Shown: positions 45,625-55,897 of the stretch, piece by piece | Layout: every line of letters starts with the position of its first letter | Position numbering within the stretch: position 1 is the first letter of the stretch | Origin: an uncultured Pelagibacteraceae bacterium | Lineage (GTDB): Bacteria > Pseudomonadota > Alphaproteobacteria > Pelagibacterales > Pelagibacteraceae | Reading direction: 5' to 3' | Assembly (NCBI GenBank): GCA_902606835.1 | Contig: CACLHW010000004.1 | Location: forward strand, 12,676 to 76,675 | Length of the DNA stretch: 64,000 nt | Program-made: the position numbers and the translations under genes | Notes under the pieces: generated by a model | Told to the model about the DNA's origin: nothing | Database searches by the model: none | The model's input: the letters and a program-made list of their open reading frames with translations, nothing else

Positions 45625-46263
45625 ATGACATCAACAAACAAAAAGAAAATAGCCTTAATAGAAAAGCATGATCAAGCAAAGTTACGAAATCATGCGATGA
45701 AAATAGGAGTAACTTTAAAATCTCCAGAAACGGTGTTTTTATCTAAAGATACCAGATATGGAAAAAATGTAGTTATAAACCCTTATGTTGTAATTGGAAA
45801 AAAAACAAAAATAGGAAACAACGTTGAAATTTTACCTTTTACTCATATTGAAAATGCAATTTTAGAAGATAATGTAAATGTTGGTCCTTTTTCTAGAGTT
45901 CGACCAGGATCTTATTTATCCAAAGGGTCTAGAGTTGGAAATTTTGTAGAAATTAAGAAAAGCAAAATAGGAAAGAATACAAAAATTAATCATTTATCTT
46001 ATATTGGAGATTCAAATGTTGGTAAAAATGTAAATATTGGAGCTGGAACCATTACTTGCAATTATGATGGTAAAAAGAAAAATAAAACTAAAATAATGGA
46101 TGGGGCCTTTATAGGTTCAAATACAGCTTTAGTAGCTCCTATAAAAGTTGGAAAAAACTCAGTAGTTGGTGCAGGTTCAACATTAACTAGTAATGTTAAA
46201 AATAAGTCGCTTTCGTTAACAAGATCAAAGCAGGTTGAAATAAAAAACTATAAAAGAAAGTAA
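45625..46263 (+). CDS. Stand-alone left-handed beta-helix acetyltransferase equivalent to the C-terminal (GlcN-1-P N-acetyltransferase) domain of GlmU
   Basis: About 212 aa. It aligns by eye to E. coli GlmU from roughly residue 235 to the end (GPFSRVRPGS..., GNFVEIKKS, HLSYIGDS, NIGAGTITCNYDG, VAP...VGAGST). No uridyltransferase domain is present, and the upstream gene is on the other strand. Confidence 0.75.
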   Translation: MTSTNKKKIALIEKHDQAKLRNHAMKIGVTLKSPETVFLSKDTRYGKNVVINPYVVIGKKTKIGNNVEILPFTHIENAILEDNVNVGPFSRVRPGSYLSKGSRVGNFVEIKKSKIGKNTKINHLSYIGDSNVGKNVNIGAGTITCNYDGKKKNKTKIMDGAFIGSNTALVAPIKVGKNSVVGAGSTLTSNVKNKSLSLTRSKQVEIKNYKRK

Positions 46264-46268
46264 AAATA

Positions 46269-48089
46269 ATGTGTGGAATAATTGGAATAGCTAGTAAAAA
46301 ATTAGTTACATCAAACATAATTCAATCTTTAAAAAAATTAGAATACAGAGGCTATGATTCAGCAGGAATTGCTACAATAGTTAATGGAGAAATAAATGAA
46401 AAAAAATGTGCAGGAAGAGTTGAAAATTTAGAAAAAATGTTATTCAAGAGCCCATCAAGTGGTAATCTTGGTATAGGTCATGTTAGGTGGGCAACTCATG
46501 GAATACCAAGCCATGTTAATGCACATCCACATTCCTCTGACGAAGTGTCCGTAGTTCATAATGGAATAATAGAAAATTCTAATGAATTAAAAAAAAATTT
46601 AGAAAAAAAAGGTTACAAATTCAAATCACAAACTGATACAGAAGTTATTACTTTTCTACTTACAGATTTTTTAAAAGATTTTGATTTAGTTGAAGCAATA
46701 AACAAAACTTTAAAAACACTTAATGGGAGCTTTGCTTTAGGTATACTTTTTAAGAAATATAGTAATATAGTAGTCGGAGCCAGAAGAGGAAGTCCATTAG
46801 CTGTTGGATACGGTCCAGAAGAAAATTATTTAGGATCAGATTCTTATGCATTGAAATCTATGACAAATAAAATAACTTATTTAGAGGATGGCGAAGTATG
46901 TTTATTAACCAATAATAAAATAGATTTTTATAATTCAAAAAATAAAAAAATAAATAAAGAAATTTTAACACTTTCTAATGATAAGCATACAGCAGAGAAA
47001 GGTGATTATAAAGATTTTATGTCAAAGGAAATTAATGAACAAAATATTACTGCTAAGGCCTGTATTAAAGAGTATGTTGATCATTTAAGAAAAGATATAA
47101 ATTTATATAATTTTCCTATTAATCCATTAGATATTAATAAAATAATTTTAATTGGTTGTGGGACCGCGTACCATTCTTGCGTAACTGCTAAATATTGGTT
47201 TGAAGAATTAACTAATATACCAATAGATATTGATATTGCTTCAGAGTTTAGATACAGAAAAATTAAATTAAATAAAAAAAATTTATATATTTTTGTTTCC
47301 CAATCAGGAGAAACAGCAGATACATTTGCTGCTCTTGATTTATGTAAAAAAAATAGTGTAAAAACTTGTTCAATTGTAAATGTGGTTGAAAGTTCTATCG
47401 CTAGATCTTCTGATTTTGTTTTACCAATACATGCAGGGCCTGAAATTGGAGTAGCTTCTACCAAAGCTTTTCTAGGACAAATGTTAGTATTATATATTTT
47501 AGCAATTAAAATTTCAGAAATTAGAAAGGAAATTTCTAAATCAGATTATGAAAAAAAAATTAATGATCTTAAAAAACTTCCTGATTTAATAAAAAACACA
47601 TTAAATTATTGCCAAGATAATGTGCCGATTATAGCTAAAGATTTTCTTAAGGCAAAAGGAGCTATGTTTTTAGGTCGAGGCCTATCTTTTCCAATAGCCT
47701 TAGAAGGTGCTTTAAAACTTAAAGAGTTGTCGTACTTACATGCAGAAGGGTATCCAGCGGGTGAAATGAAACATGGCCCTCTTGCTTTAATAGAAGAAGG
47801 TTTGCCTGTAGTAATTTTAGCTCCCAAAGATAGATATTTTGAAAAAACAATTTCAAATATGCAGGAAGTAATTGCACGAGGAGGTAAAGTAATTTTATTA
47901 ACTAACGAAGACAATAAAGTTATTAGGGAAAATGTAAGATTTACTTTAGAGATACCAGTTAGTAATGAACACCTAACTCCATTTTTAATGACAATTCCTC
48001 TTCAATTTTTAGCGTATCACGTGGCTTCACTAAAAAACTGCGATATTGATAAACCTAGAAATTTAGCAAAATCAGTTACAGTTGAATAA
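46269..48089 (+). CDS. glmS: Glutamine--fructose-6-phosphate aminotransferase
   Basis: 606 aa with the MCGIIG Ntn start, two SIS domains and the C-terminal ...NLAKSVTVE. Confidence 0.95.
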   Translation: MCGIIGIASKKLVTSNIIQSLKKLEYRGYDSAGIATIVNGEINEKKCAGRVENLEKMLFKSPSSGNLGIGHVRWATHGIPSHVNAHPHSSDEVSVVHNGIIENSNELKKNLEKKGYKFKSQTDTEVITFLLTDFLKDFDLVEAINKTLKTLNGSFALGILFKKYSNIVVGARRGSPLAVGYGPEENYLGSDSYALKSMTNKITYLEDGEVCLLTNNKIDFYNSKNKKINKEILTLSNDKHTAEKGDYKDFMSKEINEQNITAKACIKEYVDHLRKDINLYNFPINPLDINKIILIGCGTAYHSCVTAKYWFEELTNIPIDIDIASEFRYRKIKLNKKNLYIFVSQSGETADTFAALDLCKKNSVKTCSIVNVVESSIARSSDFVLPIHAGPEIGVASTKAFLGQMLVLYILAIKISEIRKEISKSDYEKKINDLKKLPDLIKNTLNYCQDNVPIIAKDFLKAKGAMFLGRGLSFPIALEGALKLKELSYLHAEGYPAGEMKHGPLALIEEGLPVVILAPKDRYFEKTISNMQEVIARGGKVILLTNEDNKVIRENVRFTLEIPVSNEHLTPFLMTIPLQFLAYHVASLKNCDIDKPRNLAKSVTVE

Positions 48090-48173
48090 AGCTATACAAA
48101 AAAGACTCTTTTACCTTGAATAATCAATCTTGGTTTTTTTGCTTCTATACATTATATATACTTTAGGTTGAAC

Positions 48174-49553
48174 ATGAAAAAATGGACATTAAATAGTTGG
48201 AGAAATTATCCAGTTAAACACATCCCAAAGTATGAGGATGAAAAGAAACTTAATATGGTTTTAAAAAAATTAAATTCTTTTCCTCCATTGGTTTTTGCTG
48301 GAGAAACTAGATCTTTAAAAAAATCACTTGCACAAGTGGTTGAAGGAAAAGCTTTTCTATTACAAGGTGGAGATTGCGCAGAAAGTTTTGCCGAGTTTCA
48401 TCCTGATAATATAAGAGATACGTTTAAAGTAATTTTACAAATGGCTTTGGTTCTAACATTTTCAGCTTCTTTGCCAGTTGTTAAAATTGGCAGAATTGCA
48501 GGGCAATTTTCTAAACCGAGAAGTTCTCCAATTGAAGTTAAAAATGGGAAAGAACTGCCTACATATTTAGGCGACAATATCAATGGTATTGAGTTTAGTG
48601 AAAAAGCACGAAAACCAGATCCTATGAGACTATTTAAAGCTTACTCACAATCTGCTTCCACATTAAATTTGTTAAGAGCTTTTTCGCAAGGTGGTTTTGC
48701 TGATTTAAGAAAAGTACATTTATGGAATTTAGGATTTGTAAACAAAAGTCCTCAAGGAAAAAAATTTAAGGAGATAGAAGATAAAATAAGTGATTCATTA
48801 GCTTTTATGGAAGCTTGTGGTGTAAATCCTGAAAATCATAGAAGATTACGAATGGTTAATTTTTATACTTCGCATGAAGCTTTGCTTTTGCCGTTCGAAC
48901 AATCAATGACAAGAGTAGATTCAACATCAGGAAAATATCATGATACATCCGCACACTTTGTTTGGATTGGAGATAGAACAAGACAACCTGATGGTGGCCA
49001 TGTTGAATTTTGTAGAGGAATTGAAAATCCTATTGGAATTAAATGTGGTCCAACTTTAAAAGATTCTGAGTTAATTAAACTTTGCAATATTTTAAATCCT
49101 AGCAATGAACCTGGAAGAATAACTCTTATCTCAAGATTTGGTGCTGACAATGTTGAAAAACATTTACCTAAGTTAATTAGATCAATTAAAAAAGAAGGTT
49201 TAAAAGTTGTTTGGTCATGTGATCCCATGCACGGCAATACAATAAAATCTGCAAATGGATTTAAAACAAGACCTTTTAATAATGTTGTTAAAGAAGTAAA
49301 AAGAGTGTTTTCAGTTCATAAAGCTGAAGGAAGTTATGCTGGAGGTCTTCACATCGAGATGACAGGGCAAAATGTCACTGAATGTACGGGCGGTGCTCAA
49401 AAAATATCTGAAAAAGATTTATCTCACAGATACCATACACATTGCGATCCTAGGCTTAATGCAAATCAGGCATTAGAACTTGCATTCTTAATTTCTGACG
49501 AAATTAAGAAAAATTCCCAATATTCAAAGAATATTATTCAGGCTGCATCTTAA
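48174..49553 (+). CDS. Class II 3-deoxy-7-phosphoheptulonate (DAHP) synthase
   Basis: About 459 aa with LLQGGDCAESF, KIGRIAGQFSKPRS and CDPMHGNT, as in plant/actinobacterial-type DAHP synthases. I prefer the ATG at 48174 over the TTG at 48168. Confidence 0.85.
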   Translation: MKKWTLNSWRNYPVKHIPKYEDEKKLNMVLKKLNSFPPLVFAGETRSLKKSLAQVVEGKAFLLQGGDCAESFAEFHPDNIRDTFKVILQMALVLTFSASLPVVKIGRIAGQFSKPRSSPIEVKNGKELPTYLGDNINGIEFSEKARKPDPMRLFKAYSQSASTLNLLRAFSQGGFADLRKVHLWNLGFVNKSPQGKKFKEIEDKISDSLAFMEACGVNPENHRRLRMVNFYTSHEALLLPFEQSMTRVDSTSGKYHDTSAHFVWIGDRTRQPDGGHVEFCRGIENPIGIKCGPTLKDSELIKLCNILNPSNEPGRITLISRFGADNVEKHLPKLIRSIKKEGLKVVWSCDPMHGNTIKSANGFKTRPFNNVVKEVKRVFSVHKAEGSYAGGLHIEMTGQNVTECTGGAQKISEKDLSHRYHTHCDPRLNANQALELAFLISDEIKKNSQYSKNIIQAAS

Positions 49554-49575
49554 TAATTGAATTTTAATTATTAAG
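49549..49575 (+). terminator. Candidate weak AT-rich hairpin overlapping the DAHP synthase stop codon
   Basis: Inverted repeat CTTAATAATT / AATTATTAAG with a 7-nt loop. The stem is almost all A/T, so it could be a chance feature of an AT-rich genome. Confidence 0.2.
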
Positions 49576-49605
49576 ATCTATTTTAAGAATAGGATATTAA
49601 TATTT

Positions 49606-50346
49606 ATGCAAACATCAGACAGAATTAATTATATAAAAAAATGGATATTAGATTATTGTAAATCAATGCCCAATGAACCAAGTTCTTTAGTTGTTGGTGT
49701 ATCAGGTGGAATCGATTCATCTGTTACTAGCACTATTTGTGCTTTGACAGAAAAAAAAACTATAGTTCTTTCTATGCCAATAAATCAAATTAAAGAGCAA
49801 AAAGATTTAAGTTTAAAACATCAAGAATGGCTTAAAAATAAATTTAAAAATGTAGAAAGTCATTTAGTAACTTTAGATGATGTATTTCATGCATTTAAAA
49901 ATTCATTAAATAAATTTGATAATAAACATGGGTTAGCAAATTCTAGAGCGAGGTTAAGAATGGCAACACTATATCAAGTAGCATCCTCAAATAATGGTAT
50001 TGTTGTAGGCACAGGTAATAAAATAGAGGATTTTGGCGTTGGTTTTTATACAAAGTATGGAGATGGTGGTGTCGATATTTCTCCGATAGCTGATTGTACA
50101 AAGTCTCAGGTTTGGGAAATGGGGAAAAATTTAGGAATACTAAAAGAAATAGTTGAAGCACAACCAACAGATGGCTTATGGGATGATGGCAGAACTGATA
50201 TTAATCAACTTGGAATGTCATATACAGAATTGGAAGAAGCCATGAAAGACTCTTCTAACAAGAATCACAAAAAGTATTTAGAAATTAGAAAAAGGAATTT
50301 GCATAAAATGAATCCTATTCCTGTATGCAAAATGAAAGATGACTAA
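49606..50346 (+). CDS. nadE: NH3-dependent NAD+ synthetase
   Basis: 246 aa with the PP-loop VGVSGGIDSS and GTGNKIEDFGVGFYTKYGDGG. Confidence 0.85.
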   Translation: MQTSDRINYIKKWILDYCKSMPNEPSSLVVGVSGGIDSSVTSTICALTEKKTIVLSMPINQIKEQKDLSLKHQEWLKNKFKNVESHLVTLDDVFHAFKNSLNKFDNKHGLANSRARLRMATLYQVASSNNGIVVGTGNKIEDFGVGFYTKYGDGGVDISPIADCTKSQVWEMGKNLGILKEIVEAQPTDGLWDDGRTDINQLGMSYTELEEAMKDSSNKNHKKYLEIRKRNLHKMNPIPVCKMKDD

Positions 50347-51697
50347 AAATTTAAATTTTTTTAATACTTTAACTAATAAAAAAGAAAAATTTGTTCCAAT
50401 TAATAATAATAAAGTGGGCATGTATGTCTGTGGGCCAACTGTTTATGATTTTCCACATATAGGTAATGCAAGACCTTTAGTTGTTTTTGATGTTTTGTTT
50501 AGACTTTTAAATAGCCTTTATGGTAAAGGCAAAGTTGCATACGTAAGAAATATTACTGATATTGATGACAAAATTATTGAGTCCTCTAAAAAAAACAAAA
50601 AAAATATTAAGGAATTAACTGATACTATAACTAAAAGTTTTCATGAAGATTGTGTATATCTAAATTGCTTAAATCCAACTTTTGAACCTAAGGCTACTGA
50701 ACATATTAACGAAATGATAAGTATGATTTCTAACTTATTAAAAAATAATTATGCTTATCAAAATGAAAAACATGTTTATTTTTCTGTCTCCTCATTCAAA
50801 AATTATGGAAAATTGTCAAATAAAAATTCTGAACAATTGGTAGCGGGCTCGAGAGTAGAAATTTCAAAATACAAAAAGGATCCATTAGATTTTGTTCTTT
50901 GGAAACCATCTAATAATGAAGATCCCGGTTGGGATTCACCATGGGGAAGAGGTCGCCCAGGCTGGCATTTAGAATGCTCCGTAATGAGTGAAAAATTTTT
51001 AGGTAAACAATTTGACATACATGGAGGTGGTTTAGATCTTGTTTTTCCACACCATGAGAATGAAATTGCCCAATCATGTTGTGCAAATAAAACTGAAAAC
51101 TTTGCAAATTATTGGTTACATAATGGTTTCGTTACTTTTGATAAAGAAAAAATGTCAAAATCTATTGGTAATATCGTGACCATTAATAAACTTCGCAAAA
51201 GTGTAAATGGCCAGGTGGTAAGGCTGGCTTTATTAAGTGCTCATTATAAACAGCCGTTAGACTGGAATGAAAAGTTAATTAATGAAAGCCAGAGTATTTT
51301 GGATAAGTGGTATAGCCAATTTGAAAAAATTAATCCTGAAGAATTAAACGATGAAATACTTAAACCTCTTCAAGAAGATTTAAATACCCCAGAGTATATA
51401 GCAAAATTGCATTCGCTTTATGAAGATTCATCTAAGGGAAAAAAGTCAGCTAAAGTTAAATTTTTATCAGCGTGTAAGCAAATTGGCTTACTCGAGGAAG
51501 ATAAAAAAACTTGGGAAAATTTTAAAAAAATAAAAGCTAATGTTGATGAAAACTTTATTAATAAAAAAATTAAAGATAGAAATGATGCTAGAAATAAAGG
51601 AAATTATGAGTTAGCTGATTTAATTAGAAAAGAATTAGAAGAAAGTGGTGTAATTATTGAGGATAAGCAAGAAAAAACTAAATGGAAATATAAATGA
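50339..51697 (+). CDS. cysS: Cysteine--tRNA ligase
   Basis: 452 aa with the HIGNARP (HIGH) and KMSKSIGN motifs, and WHLECS zinc-site context. Confidence 0.95.
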   Translation: MTKNLNFFNTLTNKKEKFVPINNNKVGMYVCGPTVYDFPHIGNARPLVVFDVLFRLLNSLYGKGKVAYVRNITDIDDKIIESSKKNKKNIKELTDTITKSFHEDCVYLNCLNPTFEPKATEHINEMISMISNLLKNNYAYQNEKHVYFSVSSFKNYGKLSNKNSEQLVAGSRVEISKYKKDPLDFVLWKPSNNEDPGWDSPWGRGRPGWHLECSVMSEKFLGKQFDIHGGGLDLVFPHHENEIAQSCCANKTENFANYWLHNGFVTFDKEKMSKSIGNIVTINKLRKSVNGQVVRLALLSAHYKQPLDWNEKLINESQSILDKWYSQFEKINPEELNDEILKPLQEDLNTPEYIAKLHSLYEDSSKGKKSAKVKFLSACKQIGLLEEDKKTWENFKKIKANVDENFINKKIKDRNDARNKGNYELADLIRKELEESGVIIEDKQEKTKWKYK

Positions 51698-53295
51698 GCA
51701 AAGAAAAGATATATATATTTGATACAACACTTCGAGATGGAGCCCAAACAGAAGGTGTTAATTTTTCTATTGATGATAAAAATAAAATAGCACAATCTTT
51801 ATCAACACTTGGCGTAGATTATTTAGAAGGAGGTTGGCCTGGAGCTAATACTACAGATACAACTTTTTTCAACAATCCCCCAAAATTAGGAAATACAACT
51901 TTAACTGCTTTTGGTATGACTAAAAAAGCAGGAAGAAGCGCTGAAAATGACCCTGGGCTTTCTGCATTACTAAATACAAAAGCACCAGCAATTTGTTTGG
52001 TAGGAAAGACATGGGATTTTCATGTTGATGTTGCTTTAGGAATTACTAAAGAAGAAAATTTAGAAAATATTAAAGAATCATCAAAATTATTTATAAAAAA
52101 TAAAAGGGAATTTATGTTTGATGCTGAACATTTTTTTGATGGTTATAAAAAAAATCCAGAGTATGCATTATCTTGTATTAAAACAGCTTTTGATGAAGGT
52201 GCACGATGGATAGTTCTTTGCGACACTAATGGAGGAACATTGCCTAATGAAGTTGGAGAGATTGTTTCTAAAGTAAGCAAACAAATTCCAGGAAAAAATC
52301 TTGGCATTCATGCACATAATGATACGGAAAATGCAGTGGCAAACTCCTTAACAGCAGTTTTAGCCGGAGTTCGCCAAGTGCAGGGCACTATCAATGGATT
52401 AGGAGAAAGATGTGGAAATGCAAATTTAATATCATTAATTCCATCTCTAGTTTTAAAAAAATCTTTTTCTGATAATTTTGAAATTAAAATAAATAAAGAT
52501 AAAGTTAAAACTTTAACAGAATGTTCCAGATTATTAGACGAGATCTTAAACAGAAAATCAAATAGAAGAGCGGCCTATGTTGGACCTTCAGCTTTTGCTC
52601 ATAAAGGAGGTTTACATGTATCTGCGGTTTCAAAAGATCCAAAAACTTATGAGCATATAGATCCAAGTTTAGTAGGTAATGTGAGAAATATTATTGTTTC
52701 TGATCAAGCAGGTAAATCAAATATTATGTCTAGACTTAATAAATATAAAATTAAAATTGATAAAAATGACCCAAAAGTTCAAACTCTATTAAATGAGGTT
52801 AAAGATAGAGAATTTGTAGGTTACTCATATGATGGAGCAGACGCATCATTTGAATTGCTGGCGAGAAGACTTTTAGGAGAAATACCAAAATATTTAACAA
52901 TTTCTAAATATGATGTTTCAGTTAAAAAAGATTCAAAAGATAAAATTAATTCTTTTGCAAGAGCTCATATTTTAGTTGATGGAAAAGAAATAGTTTGTGA
53001 AGGATCAGGAAATGGTCCAGTTAATGCTTTAGATAACGCTATAAGATCAAATGTTGATAAAGTTGGTAAATATTCAAAGTATTTGAAAGATTTAAAACTA
53101 GTAGATTATAAAGTGAGAATTTTAAATACTGGAACAAATGCAACAACAAGAGTTTCTATTGAAAGCACTGATAGAGAAGGTAAAAGCTGGTTTACAATCG
53201 GTGTTTCCCCAAATATTATTGAAGCTTCGTTCAAAGCATTAATTGATAGCCTTGATTATAAACTGTACAAGGAAAAAGCCCCTGCTAATAATTAA
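51694..53295 (+). CDS. cimA: Citramalate synthase (LeuA/CimA family)
   Basis: 533 aa with FDTTLRDGAQTEG and HAHNDTENAVANSL, plus a C-terminal LeuA-type regulatory domain. The length and N-terminus fit the CimA subgroup better than LeuA. Confidence 0.75.
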   Translation: MSKEKIYIFDTTLRDGAQTEGVNFSIDDKNKIAQSLSTLGVDYLEGGWPGANTTDTTFFNNPPKLGNTTLTAFGMTKKAGRSAENDPGLSALLNTKAPAICLVGKTWDFHVDVALGITKEENLENIKESSKLFIKNKREFMFDAEHFFDGYKKNPEYALSCIKTAFDEGARWIVLCDTNGGTLPNEVGEIVSKVSKQIPGKNLGIHAHNDTENAVANSLTAVLAGVRQVQGTINGLGERCGNANLISLIPSLVLKKSFSDNFEIKINKDKVKTLTECSRLLDEILNRKSNRRAAYVGPSAFAHKGGLHVSAVSKDPKTYEHIDPSLVGNVRNIIVSDQAGKSNIMSRLNKYKIKIDKNDPKVQTLLNEVKDREFVGYSYDGADASFELLARRLLGEIPKYLTISKYDVSVKKDSKDKINSFARAHILVDGKEIVCEGSGNGPVNALDNAIRSNVDKVGKYSKYLKDLKLVDYKVRILNTGTNATTRVSIESTDREGKSWFTIGVSPNIIEASFKALIDSLDYKLYKEKAPANN

Positions 53296-53298
53296 TTA

Positions 53299-54024
53299 AT
53301 GAGCTTGAGTAATATTTATTTTATTTTAGTAAGACCTCAGATGGGAGAAAATATTGGCTCAGTAGCAAGAGCTATAAAAAATTTTAATATAAAATATTTA
53401 AGAATAGTTAATCCACGATGTAATTGGCCAAATCAAAAAGCGTTAGCCACATCAGTAGGAGCTAAAGATATTTTAAAGTCTGCCAAGATTTATGATAGCG
53501 TAGAAAAATCAATTGGGGATTTAGATTTAATTTTTGCTAGCAGTTCGAGAATAAGAAAAGTTAATAAAAAAGTTATATCAGTTACAAATTTAAAAAATAA
53601 AATCGGAAGTGATAGAAAAATAGGAATTCTTTTTGGACCAGAGGCATCCGGCTTATCCAATAATGAAATAAGTTGTGCTGATTACTTAGTTAAAATTCCA
53701 AGTAATAAAAAATTCAGTTCGCTTAATTTATCTCATAGTGCAATAATTTTTTGTTTTGAGCTTTTTCAGCATTTTTCCAAAAAGAGAGTTGAATACAAAA
53801 CTGGCTACAAAAGTCTTATAGCTAAAAAGCATGAAGTAAATAAATTTTTAAATTTTATAATTAAAGGCTTAGATAAAAAAGGATTTTTACAACCAGATCA
53901 TAAAAGACAAAGTATGATAAGAAATATAAATAACATATTTCACAGATTAAATTTATCAGACCAAGAAATACGTATTTTGCTTGGAATTTTCACAACTTTA
54001 AATGAATTTAACAAGAAAAGCTGA
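53299..54024 (+). CDS. SpoU/TrmH-family RNA 2'-O-methyltransferase (TrmJ-like)
   Basis: 241 aa with ILVRPQMGENIGSVARAIKNF and LFGPEASGLSNNE motifs. Confidence 0.75.
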   Translation: MSLSNIYFILVRPQMGENIGSVARAIKNFNIKYLRIVNPRCNWPNQKALATSVGAKDILKSAKIYDSVEKSIGDLDLIFASSSRIRKVNKKVISVTNLKNKIGSDRKIGILFGPEASGLSNNEISCADYLVKIPSNKKFSSLNLSHSAIIFCFELFQHFSKKRVEYKTGYKSLIAKKHEVNKFLNFIIKGLDKKGFLQPDHKRQSMIRNINNIFHRLNLSDQEIRILLGIFTTLNEFNKKS

Positions 54025-54066
54025 ATTGACAAAAGGTCCTCATTGTTTATAAATCATTTTTAAAAT

Positions 54067-54684
54067 ATGACAAAAAGATTATCATCTAAGCATAAAGTCG
54101 ACAGAAGATTAAAAACAAATTTATGGGGCAGACCTAAAAGCCCATTTAATTCAAGAAATTATAAACCAGGACAGCATGGAAAATCATCCAGGGGAAAAAA
54201 TTCAGATTACGGCACACAATTACAGGCAAAACAAAAATTAAAATTTTATTATGGAAATATGAACGAAAGACAGTTTAGAAATGTGTTTAGAAGAGCTTTA
54301 CAAAAAAAAGGCAACACAACTGAAAATTTTATTGGATTTTTAGAAAGAAGATTAGATACTGTAATATATAGGGCGAAATTTGCAATTACAGTTTTTGCTG
54401 CAAGACAATTGATTAATCATGGACATGTTAAAGTAAATGGAAAGAAAGTTAACATTTCAAGTTATTTAGTAAGCGAAAAAGACACTATAGAAATAAAAGA
54501 TAAATCAAAAGGTTTAGTCGTAATTGAAGGTTCCTTGGTTAGTAAAGAAAGGGACATTCCTGACTATATTCAATCTGATGAAAAAAATAAGATAGCTAAA
54601 TTAATTAGAGTTCCAAAATTTTCTGAAGTTCCTTATCCTTCAATTATGGAACCAAATTTAGTAGTAGAATATTACTCAAGATAA
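54067..54684 (+). CDS. rpsD: 30S ribosomal protein S4
   Basis: 205 aa with YGTQLQAKQKLKFYYG and LERRLDTVIYRAKFA...ARQLINHGHVKVNGKKV (S4 domain). Confidence 0.95.
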   Translation: MTKRLSSKHKVDRRLKTNLWGRPKSPFNSRNYKPGQHGKSSRGKNSDYGTQLQAKQKLKFYYGNMNERQFRNVFRRALQKKGNTTENFIGFLERRLDTVIYRAKFAITVFAARQLINHGHVKVNGKKVNISSYLVSEKDTIEIKDKSKGLVVIEGSLVSKERDIPDYIQSDEKNKIAKLIRVPKFSEVPYPSIMEPNLVVEYYSR

Positions 54685-54695
54685 AAAAATTTAAT

Positions 54696-55310
54696 TTGCT
54701 AAAAAGAACTTCGATAACTTACTTAAACAAGCTGATAGAGCAAAATTCTAAATGGAAAATTCTTGATATAGGTTGCGGATACAGGGCCCATCCCAAAGCA
54801 AATGTGATTGCTGACGTTCAAGATTTCTCAAATTTCTATAAAGAAAGAAAATTTATAAAGATAAATGAAAAAAATTTACCATTTAGAGATAAGGAATTTG
54901 ATTTCGTTATATCAAGTCATGTAATTGAGCATGTTGAAGATTTTGAATTTTTTTTAAAAGAATTAGAAAGAATTTCAAACAAAGGATATATAGAATTACC
55001 ATCTAGATTGGGAGATAATCTAGTTTTTGAAAATAAAACAGATCATATTTGGTGGTTTTATTATGATGATAATAAAAATGAACTCTTGGCCTCAAAAAGA
55101 AGACAATTAGTAGATCCATTTATTACAGTATCTACAGCTAAATTATTTGAAAATATATTTAGAGAAAGTTTAGTGATAGAGATAATCTGGGAAGATAAAA
55201 TTAATTATAGAATTGACAATACAATTAAAAATGAAAATGTACAAAAAACTACTTTTTTAAAAATTTTAAGAAAATATTTAAGTAAAAAAATTAGAAGTAT
55301 ATTTAGGTAG
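54696..55310 (+). CDS. Class I SAM-dependent methyltransferase
   Basis: 204 aa with a TTG start. It has SAM motif I ILDIGCGY and the FDFVISSHVIEHV post-I/II pattern. Confidence 0.6.
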   Translation: MLKRTSITYLNKLIEQNSKWKILDIGCGYRAHPKANVIADVQDFSNFYKERKFIKINEKNLPFRDKEFDFVISSHVIEHVEDFEFFLKELERISNKGYIELPSRLGDNLVFENKTDHIWWFYYDDNKNELLASKRRQLVDPFITVSTAKLFENIFRESLVIEIIWEDKINYRIDNTIKNENVQKTTFLKILRKYLSKKIRSIFR

Positions 55311-55315
55311 ATTAT

Positions 55316-55651
55316 TTAGTTTTTTTTATAAGAAACTTGTTTATCCGCTAATTTTTTTTGAAGGTCTCCCGTTTCATACATTTCTTTTACAATATCACAG
55401 CCTCCTATGAATTCGCCTTTTATATAAAGCTGAGGTATTGTAGGCCATTCACTAAATATTTTTATACCTTCTCTAAGTTCGTTGCTTTCCAGAACGTTTA
55501 CTCCTTTAAATTTAACATCTAAGTGTTTTAACAAATTTGAGACTGCCAAAGAAAAACCACACTGAGGAGCATCCGGGGTTCCTTTCATAAACAAGCAAAC
55601 TTCATTTTCATTTAATTCTTTTTTAATTTTGTCGTTAGTATTTTTGTCCAT
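55316..55651 (-). CDS. grxD: Monothiol glutaredoxin (Grx4 family)
   Basis: 111 aa with the CGFS active site in [14 protein letters not shown], and WPTIPQLYI. Confidence 0.9.
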   Translation of the reverse strand: MDKNTNDKIKKELNENEVCLFMKGTPDAPQCGFSLAVSNLLKHLDVKFKGVNVLESNELREGIKIFSEWPTIPQLYIKGEFIGGCDIVKEMYETGDLQKKLADKQVSYKKN

Positions 55652-55654
55652 AAT

Positions 55655-55897
55655 TTAACTTTCCAATGTATTTAGAGCTAATGCGTGCAGCTCGTTACCC
55701 ATTTTACCTTTTAATGCTTTATATACAAGTTTATGTTGTTCAATTTTACTTTTTCCGGCAAAAATTTTTGACTTTATCGTCGCAGAATAGTGATTCTCAT
55801 CTCCTGCCAAGTCTTGAATAATGATTTCTGCATCAGGCATTGCTTCTTGTATTAAACTTTTTATTTCTTCTAATTTAAGACCCATAATTTTCTTCAA
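55655..55897 (-). CDS. bolA: BolA-family protein
   Basis: 80 aa with the GDENHY...ELHALAL pattern. It is paired with grxD, as is common. Its 5' end overlaps the purL 3' end. Confidence 0.8.
   Translation of the reverse strand: MKKIMGLKLEEIKSLIQEAMPDAEIIIQDLAGDENHYSATIKSKIFAGKSKIEQHKLVYKALKGKMGNELHALALNTLES

Noticed and set aside
46264-46268. glmS ribozyme or other leader upstream of glmS
   Set aside because: Only 5 nt separate glmS from the preceding gene, so no structured leader can fit.
47081-47914. Two minus-strand ORFs (47081-47464 and 47606-47914) inside glmS
   Set aside because: They are antisense to an unambiguous, full-length glmS and have no family resemblance. I treat them as shadow ORFs.
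48090-48173. Rho-independent terminator after glmS
   Set aside because: A T-run is present (TTGGTTTTTTT), but I could not find a convincing preceding stem. The only self-complementary segment, AAAAGA-C-TCTTTT, has a 1-nt loop and cannot fold.
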